Of a stretch of DNA of 64,000 bases, positions 58,319-64,000 are shown piece after piece. The notes beneath the pieces are model-generated. The model was not told the origin of the DNA and searched no databases. It worked only from the letters and a program-made list of their open reading frames with translations. Every line of letters starts with the position of its first letter. Position 1 is the stretch's first letter. A program made the translations under genes and the position numbers. Location: contig OZ240211.1 in assembly GCA_965197525.1 (NCBI GenBank), positions 160,001 through 224,000 on the forward strand, written 5' to 3'. The DNA comes from Nitrosopumilus sp. (GTDB lineage Archaea > Thermoproteota > Nitrososphaeria > Nitrososphaerales > Nitrosopumilaceae).

Positions 58319-59727
58319 CGATTATCGGTCTTGAGATTCACTGCCAGCTTACAAATTTGAACAGCAAGTTGTTCTGTTCTTGTAAGGCTAATTACCGAGG
58401 CATGGAAATCAACGAGAATGTATGTCCTGTGTGTATGGGATTGCCTGGAAGTCTGCCGCGATTAAATCAGCAGGCAGTAAAGAAGGCTATAATGATTGCA
58501 ATGGCACTGCGTTGTAAAGTCCCTGAAAAGACTGCATTTTTTAGAAAGAACTACTTTTATCCTGATCTGCCAAAGAACTTTCAGATAACTCAGTTGAATG
58601 TTTATGGGGATACAAGCATCGGCGGTCCGGGGCAAATCATGATAGGTGATAAAAAAATCAGGATTACGCGGGTTCAGCTGGAAGAGGACCCTGGGCGGTT
58701 GATATACCAGGGTGATTCATCTAAAAACAAGGTGACTTTGGTTGACTATAACCGTGCAGGCACGCCGCTAGTAGAGATTGTAACAGAACCTGACTTTGAG
58801 ACTCCTAAAGAGGTGCGAGGCTTTTTGAGCGTTCTATCTGACCTGCTTGCCAATCTTGGAGTGGCAGATCCCAGCCTAGAGGGTGCGATGAGAGCTGATG
58901 CAAACGTATCCATCAAGGGTGGAAAGAAGGTAGAGATAAAAAATATTGGCTCATTTCATGACTTGGAGAAAGCCGTCCAGTACGAGATTATCAGGCAGGA
59001 GAGTTTGCACTCGAGAGGAATAGAGATAGACCAAGAGACAAGACACTGGGATGACAAGCGCAAGGTTACTACTCCATCACGCTCAAAAGAAGAGGATCTG
59101 GATTATCGGTATTTCTTGGAGGGTGATATACCGTGGATTGCAATCAGTCCTGATATTAAAACAGCGTTGAAGACTGAGATGCCTGAGAGTATAGAGTCAA
59201 AGAAGGAGAGATACATATCTGAATACGGCATTTCGCCACAGGTAGCTGATGTGCTATCCTCTGACAAATTCTTCTCTGATCTGTTTGAGGATTCTTTTAG
59301 TGTCAGAAACGCAAAAGATGTAGCAAATATCATTACTACTGACTTGATGGGATTGATGGATACACGAGATCGCCAAGAGTCATCAAAGTTAACTGCCGTA
59401 CATCTAAAAGAGTTAGCTGACATGATACTGTCTGGAAAGGTGTCTAGAATATCATCAAAGAACGCATTGCACGAGATCGTAAAGACTGGAAAAGATACTT
59501 TACAGGTAGTATCTGAGTTGGATCTTGGAAATGTATCTGATGAGTCAGAGCTGCTATCAGTTGTAAGCCAAGTTGTATGTGAGGAATCAAAAGCGGTAAG
59601 TGAGGCACATGATAATCCGCAAGGTGTGATGCATTATTTGGTAGGTAAAGTAATGCAAAAGACAAAAGGGAAAGCAGATCCAAAACTGACCATCAGTTTA
59701 GTTAAACGAGAACTCGGTTTATCATAA
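58315..59727 (+). CDS. gatB: Amidotransferase subunit B
   Basis: IGLEIHCQL, RKNYFYPDLPKNFQITQ, DYNRAGTPLVEIVTEPD. Confidence 0.97.
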   Translation: MTIIGLEIHCQLTNLNSKLFCSCKANYRGMEINENVCPVCMGLPGSLPRLNQQAVKKAIMIAMALRCKVPEKTAFFRKNYFYPDLPKNFQITQLNVYGDTSIGGPGQIMIGDKKIRITRVQLEEDPGRLIYQGDSSKNKVTLVDYNRAGTPLVEIVTEPDFETPKEVRGFLSVLSDLLANLGVADPSLEGAMRADANVSIKGGKKVEIKNIGSFHDLEKAVQYEIIRQESLHSRGIEIDQETRHWDDKRKVTTPSRSKEEDLDYRYFLEGDIPWIAISPDIKTALKTEMPESIESKKERYISEYGISPQVADVLSSDKFFSDLFEDSFSVRNAKDVANIITTDLMGLMDTRDRQESSKLTAVHLKELADMILSGKVSRISSKNALHEIVKTGKDTLQVVSELDLGNVSDESELLSVVSQVVCEESKAVSEAHDNPQGVMHYLVGKVMQKTKGKADPKLTISLVKRELGLS

Positions 59728-59820
59728 TGGGTTATATGCACAGACAATGGCCCAAGTGATGACTAGCGTAATTCGGACACAAAAATCTTTTTAGACTGCT
59801 CGATTTTAGAAGAGGTAACA

Positions 59821-61749
59821 TTGTCCGAATTTGCCTTTATTCCAACTAAAAAACAAGTTCAAGAGTCAAACATCTTTAAATTCATGCAGAGACACAACGT
59901 AAACTCGTTAGAAGAGTTAACTGCAAAAGCTAAAGAGAATTTAGAGTGGTTTTGGGAGTCCATGGATAAGGACATTGGAATCATCTGGGATAAACCCTAT
60001 ACCAAGACACTTGACATGTCAGACGGTATTGCATGGTCCAAGTGGTTTGTTGGCGGTAAAACAAACATCTATAGATCATCAGTTGAAAAGTTTGCTCAAG
60101 AGAGTCCTGATAGGGCCGCATATTATTTTGAATCAGAAGATGGGACGTCATCACACATGTCCTATCTAGAACTTGACTTGCAGGTATCACAGCTTGCAAA
60201 TGGGTTAAAGTCAATCGGTGTACAAAGGGGTGATGTTGTTGCAATTTACTTGCCAATGATTAAAGAGGCAGTTGTTGCAATACTTGCCGCAGCCAAGATT
60301 GGCGCAGTACAGACTGTGATCTTTTCAGGGTACGGTTCAGAGTCCTTACGTCTAAGATTACAAGACTGTAATGCTAAGATCCTGATAGCCTCTGACGGAT
60401 TCTATAGAAAAGGCAAACCATTGTCCCAAAGACCGTCAATTGATGCTGCAGTAAAGGATACGCCAATTCAAAAAGTTGTTCTAGTCAGATACAAAAATGT
60501 AGACAGGTACGACGAATCAGACAAAATCCTGTTTTATGACAAATTGGTATCTGAGCAGAGTACCCGATGTGATACAGCAGTAATGGACTCTGAGGATCCG
60601 TTGTTTATTTTGTATACCTCAGGAACCACCGGCAGACCCAAAGGGGTCGTTGAACCTCATGGAGGATTCTCAGTCTTTGCAGGATACCAGTCAGCGCACC
60701 TGACTGATACCAAAAAAAATGATGTTGTTTTGTGGCCTGCTGATATCGGATGGATTACAGGGCTGGTATGGAATGTTTATGGTCTTTTGTTGACTGGGGC
60801 TAGTGCAGTAATCTATGATGGTGCAATCGACTACCCATCACACGACAGAATATGGAGCATGCTATCAAAATATCAGGCAACAATATTTGGAATATCGCCT
60901 ACTGCTGTACGATCGTTTAAAAAAAATCGCATAGAACCATTAAAGACATTCTCACTTGATAGTATCAAGAATATTCCTACCACAGGCGAGCCGCTTGACG
61001 CAGACTCGTGGTGGTGGCTATACGAAAAGGTAGGCAACAAAAAGATCCCTATCATGAATCTGTCGGGAGGAACTGAGATCGGAGGTGCAATGCTCTCAGT
61101 ATTTCCGGTTATGAAGCTAAAACCGTCAACTGTCGGTGTCCCGATACCTGGAATGAGTCTTGATGTATGGGATGATAAACGCCATTCTGTCAGAGGCGCC
61201 AACGGTTATTTGGTTGTTCTGTCCTCATGGCCTGCTATGACCCGCGGTCTGTTAAACGACAACTCACGATATCTCAAAACTTATTGGTCTAGATTCGATG
61301 GCGATGCATGGTTTCATGGAGATTATGTATACGTTGATGAAGACAACCTTTGGTATATGCATGGAAGAACCGACGATGTCATTAATGTATCAGGACATAG
61401 GATGAGTACAGCAGAGATAGAACACGTGGTGATGTCGCATCCGGGAATATCTGATGCAGCAACAGTCGCAGTTCCTGATGAGATTACCGGTGAGGCAATA
61501 ATCGTCTTTTTTGTAACTAATGACAAGTCTCACACTATCGACGAATCTGCAATATCTGAGTATATCATACACAGGATTGGCAAACTAGCACGTCCCAAAC
61601 ACATATTTCAATTATCTGATCTCCCAAAGACTAGTACAGGTAAAATTATGCGTAGATTGTTACGTTCAAAATTATTGGGACACAGTTTAGGTGATCTTTC
61701 ATCGCTTGAGAACTCGTATGTCTTAGATCAGGTATGTGCACTAGATTAA
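59821..61749 (+). CDS. AMP-forming acyl-CoA synthetase (acetate--CoA ligase family)
   Basis: LYTSGTTGRPKG, GTEIGG, GRTDDVINVSGHR, LPKTSTGKIMRR. Confidence 0.92.
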   Translation: MSEFAFIPTKKQVQESNIFKFMQRHNVNSLEELTAKAKENLEWFWESMDKDIGIIWDKPYTKTLDMSDGIAWSKWFVGGKTNIYRSSVEKFAQESPDRAAYYFESEDGTSSHMSYLELDLQVSQLANGLKSIGVQRGDVVAIYLPMIKEAVVAILAAAKIGAVQTVIFSGYGSESLRLRLQDCNAKILIASDGFYRKGKPLSQRPSIDAAVKDTPIQKVVLVRYKNVDRYDESDKILFYDKLVSEQSTRCDTAVMDSEDPLFILYTSGTTGRPKGVVEPHGGFSVFAGYQSAHLTDTKKNDVVLWPADIGWITGLVWNVYGLLLTGASAVIYDGAIDYPSHDRIWSMLSKYQATIFGISPTAVRSFKKNRIEPLKTFSLDSIKNIPTTGEPLDADSWWWLYEKVGNKKIPIMNLSGGTEIGGAMLSVFPVMKLKPSTVGVPIPGMSLDVWDDKRHSVRGANGYLVVLSSWPAMTRGLLNDNSRYLKTYWSRFDGDAWFHGDYVYVDEDNLWYMHGRTDDVINVSGHRMSTAEIEHVVMSHPGISDAATVAVPDEITGEAIIVFFVTNDKSHTIDESAISEYIIHRIGKLARPKHIFQLSDLPKTSTGKIMRRLLRSKLLGHSLGDLSSLENSYVLDQVCALD

Positions 61750-61901
61750 ATTATGCTGTAATGTTGTGATAATCTCTAGTATCTGATATCTGTCTGTCCT
61801 TTTTTACATGTGTTAAGATCTATTTACCAGTTTCATAAACACGCACATTCCTCTTTTTTATTTAGGATCTTATTTATAGCACTAGTTACAACAGAATCGT
61901 T

Positions 61902-63266
61902 ATGAAAGAGTTTCTAGTTGATCAACACGTTGAGGATATAGAAGTCCCAGAGAATCTCAAGACCAATACTCTGTTTGATGGGTTCCATTCAAAATGCCCC
62001 CATCCTGAATGTTATTTTGGGTTTTATGGACTATCCTTTGGGCAGTCGCCATTCTCCACACCTAAACTAATCCAGGATGCGTTAATCTCTAATGTGGATA
62101 AAGGTCTATATGCTCCTGTCAGAGGAATCCCTCCGCTGATAGATGCAATCGTGCAGCATAACAAACATTACTTTAAGATGAACGTTAACCCTCAAAACGT
62201 CTATGTTGGACCCGGGACAAAAGAGCTTATCTTTAACCTCTTGGAGATTTTGCACGGTACCGTAATTTTGCCTACTCCTACATGGCTGGGTTATCTGCCA
62301 CAACTTCGTTTCTTGAATAAAAGTTTCCATATGTTGCCTACGGACTCGAGTAGAAAAATCTCCCCACACTCTTTGAGAAAGTTAGCATTGCAGCTGCGAG
62401 ATCGGCAGAAGATTCTGATACTGAATAATCCCAACAATCCTACGGGACTGCTTTATGACGTATTGGAGTTGCACGAGATTGCAGACGTATGTAGAGAACA
62501 GAATATCATGGTTATATCTGATGAGATTTATGCTCATAGCACATTTGATTTTACAAAATTTACTAGTATGGGTAGGATATATCCTGAAGGCACATTTACA
62601 ACAAATGGAATATCCAAATCTCATTCTGCAGGTGGCTATAGACTGGGTTATGTGATATTTCCCGACAATGCTCTGGATTTTAAGGCCCACTTTGAAAAGG
62701 TTCTGGCCATTGAACATACTGCTGTATGCACTCCAATCCAACATGCTGCTGTTGCAGGATTTGAAATTAATCTTGGGATTGATAAATACCTACAGATCAC
62801 GCGTAATATCAATCAGATTATGGGAGAGTATCTCTTTGATGTGCTCTCTGCAATTGAAGGTGTACGTGTAATTAAACCTCAAGGCACATTCTATCTTCTT
62901 GCTGATTTTAACGCATTTGCAGCCGAATTGACTAATGCTAACATTACTACCTCTCAACAGCTAACTGAATCCCTTATCAAACATCCTTATCACACCGATG
63001 TTGTTGGTGGGGATAGTTTTGTCTTAGAGCGCACTGATTATAGCGCCAGAATTGCGTATGTTGATTATGATGGAGACAAAGCATACGCAGGTTATATTGC
63101 CAATACTCCTCAAACCGATGCTGAAAAATTGGAATTTGTTAACAAATATGCACCAAGACTTGGCGCAGGTGCCAAGATGATTGAAAAATTCCTAAATGAT
63201 CTGAAAAATAACCAATTGTACGGTATTACAAAGTTGACCTCTGCAAATCAACATAAACTAGAATAA
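61902..63266 (+). CDS. PLP-dependent aminotransferase class I/II
   Basis: NNPNNPTG, ISDEIY, GISKSHSAGGYRLG (PLP lysine). Confidence 0.9.
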   Translation: MKEFLVDQHVEDIEVPENLKTNTLFDGFHSKCPHPECYFGFYGLSFGQSPFSTPKLIQDALISNVDKGLYAPVRGIPPLIDAIVQHNKHYFKMNVNPQNVYVGPGTKELIFNLLEILHGTVILPTPTWLGYLPQLRFLNKSFHMLPTDSSRKISPHSLRKLALQLRDRQKILILNNPNNPTGLLYDVLELHEIADVCREQNIMVISDEIYAHSTFDFTKFTSMGRIYPEGTFTTNGISKSHSAGGYRLGYVIFPDNALDFKAHFEKVLAIEHTAVCTPIQHAAVAGFEINLGIDKYLQITRNINQIMGEYLFDVLSAIEGVRVIKPQGTFYLLADFNAFAAELTNANITTSQQLTESLIKHPYHTDVVGGDSFVLERTDYSARIAYVDYDGDKAYAGYIANTPQTDAEKLEFVNKYAPRLGAGAKMIEKFLNDLKNNQLYGITKLTSANQHKLE

Positions 63267-63464
63267 GCATTTACATAACAAATCTGTAATATGGCACTTT
63301 TGTTATATATAATGTGTTTCATAACTCTAAACTGTATGCATGAAATACCTACTACATGGTACCCATCTAGGTGTGACTGAAAGGGTTATGAAACACACTA
63401 TATTATTAATCAGTATGCTTGAAAATCATTATAAGAAAGCAAGATTTACAAAGATGATAACAAA

Positions 63465-64000
63465 ATGAAACACAAAATGAATCAACAAGAAGAATTGATT
63501 TTGAAAGTTTTATCTTCTGTAGATGTAATTGAAGGCAAGACTAAATTTGTAAAAATACTTCATTTTACATGTAAATTGTTTGAACAAAACCAAAAAAAAT
63601 CACCGTTTATCTTTAAAGCAGATCGTTTTGGAGTTAATACTCAAGAATTAGAACCGCTATTGCAAGATATGAAAGTACAAGGAACTATCAATATAAGCAA
63701 ATTACCAGATTCACAAAAGGATATTTTGTTTGCCGTAAATAGAGACCATGCATTTAAAGATAAAGAGATTCAGGAGATGAGTCCAAAAATAGAAATGTTA
63801 GTTTCAGAGATAAACTTGCATACGTATGAAGAAGTGATCGCATCATCGTACTGTTTATTTCCAGAAACTACAACAAATAGCGAGATTAAACCGAAAATAA
63901 ATAAAAAAATTACAGAGTTGTACTCGAAATTATGCTTAAATTTTGAAGAAGATTCTGATGTAATGGTCAAGGACAATCCTGTAAGCCATGATACTAGACC
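63465..64000 (+). CDS. Partial ORF (runs off the window), Panacea/SocA (DUF4065)-like winged helix
   Basis: Manual translation, open to the window end: MKHKMNQQEELILKVLSSVDVIEGKTKFVKILHF...FIFKADRFGVNTQEL; absent from the ORF track because it has no stop. Confidence 0.55.
   Translation, partial: MKHKMNQQEELILKVLSSVDVIEGKTKFVKILHFTCKLFEQNQKKSPFIFKADRFGVNTQELEPLLQDMKVQGTINISKLPDSQKDILFAVNRDHAFKDKEIQEMSPKIEMLVSEINLHTYEEVIASSYCLFPETTTNSEIKPKINKKITELYSKLCLNFEEDSDVMVKDNPVSHDTR

Noticed and set aside
38184-59790. Other RTGATGA motifs (38185, 50724, 59755) as possible C/D sRNAs
   Set aside because: No properly spaced D', C' and D boxes follow them.
1-64000. tRNA or rRNA genes
   Set aside because: No T-loop (GTTCRA) cloverleaf or rRNA-like conserved stretch was recognised by eye; a tRNAscan-SE/barrnap run would be needed to exclude them formally.

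Overview
AT-rich archaeal chromosome segment, most likely an ammonia-oxidising thaumarchaeon (Nitrosopumilaceae). The basis is a PEFG-CTERM cupredoxin, thaumarchaeal-type AtpA, aRF1, PurP, the aspS-gatCAB cluster and the IPxWV(R/K)N..WW surface domain. Two giant DUF285/Ig/P-domain surface proteins and a heavy IS load suggest a host-associated lineage (inference). Housekeeping genes (trkH, atpA, ilvD, prf1, purP, aspS-gatCAB, acyl-CoA synthetase, aminotransferase) are interspersed with mobile DNA. The main finding is six copies (five complete, one truncated) of a ~1.3-kb element that encodes only a catalytically intact TnpB. Unlike canonical IS200/IS605/IS607 elements, it is bounded by 24-26-bp terminal inverted repeats beginning GGTTCTGT (IS6-like), and four of the five complete copies have 8-bp target-site duplications. 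Three different TIR families enclose the same tnpB plus omega-RNA cassette. The omega-RNA scaffold shows compensatory base changes, and its predicted guide lies inside the element and is family-specific. Other candidates are a structured RNA directly behind a DUF3800-like gene, an IS110 remnant with a possible bridge-RNA end, a C/D-box sRNA with two apparent 23S rRNA guides, an orphan atpA with a divergent C-terminus, a six-Cache-domain protein with no output domain, and Ig modules carrying an optional P-domain cassette. No tRNA, rRNA or CRISPR array was seen. All family assignments are by eye from motifs; no database searches were run.
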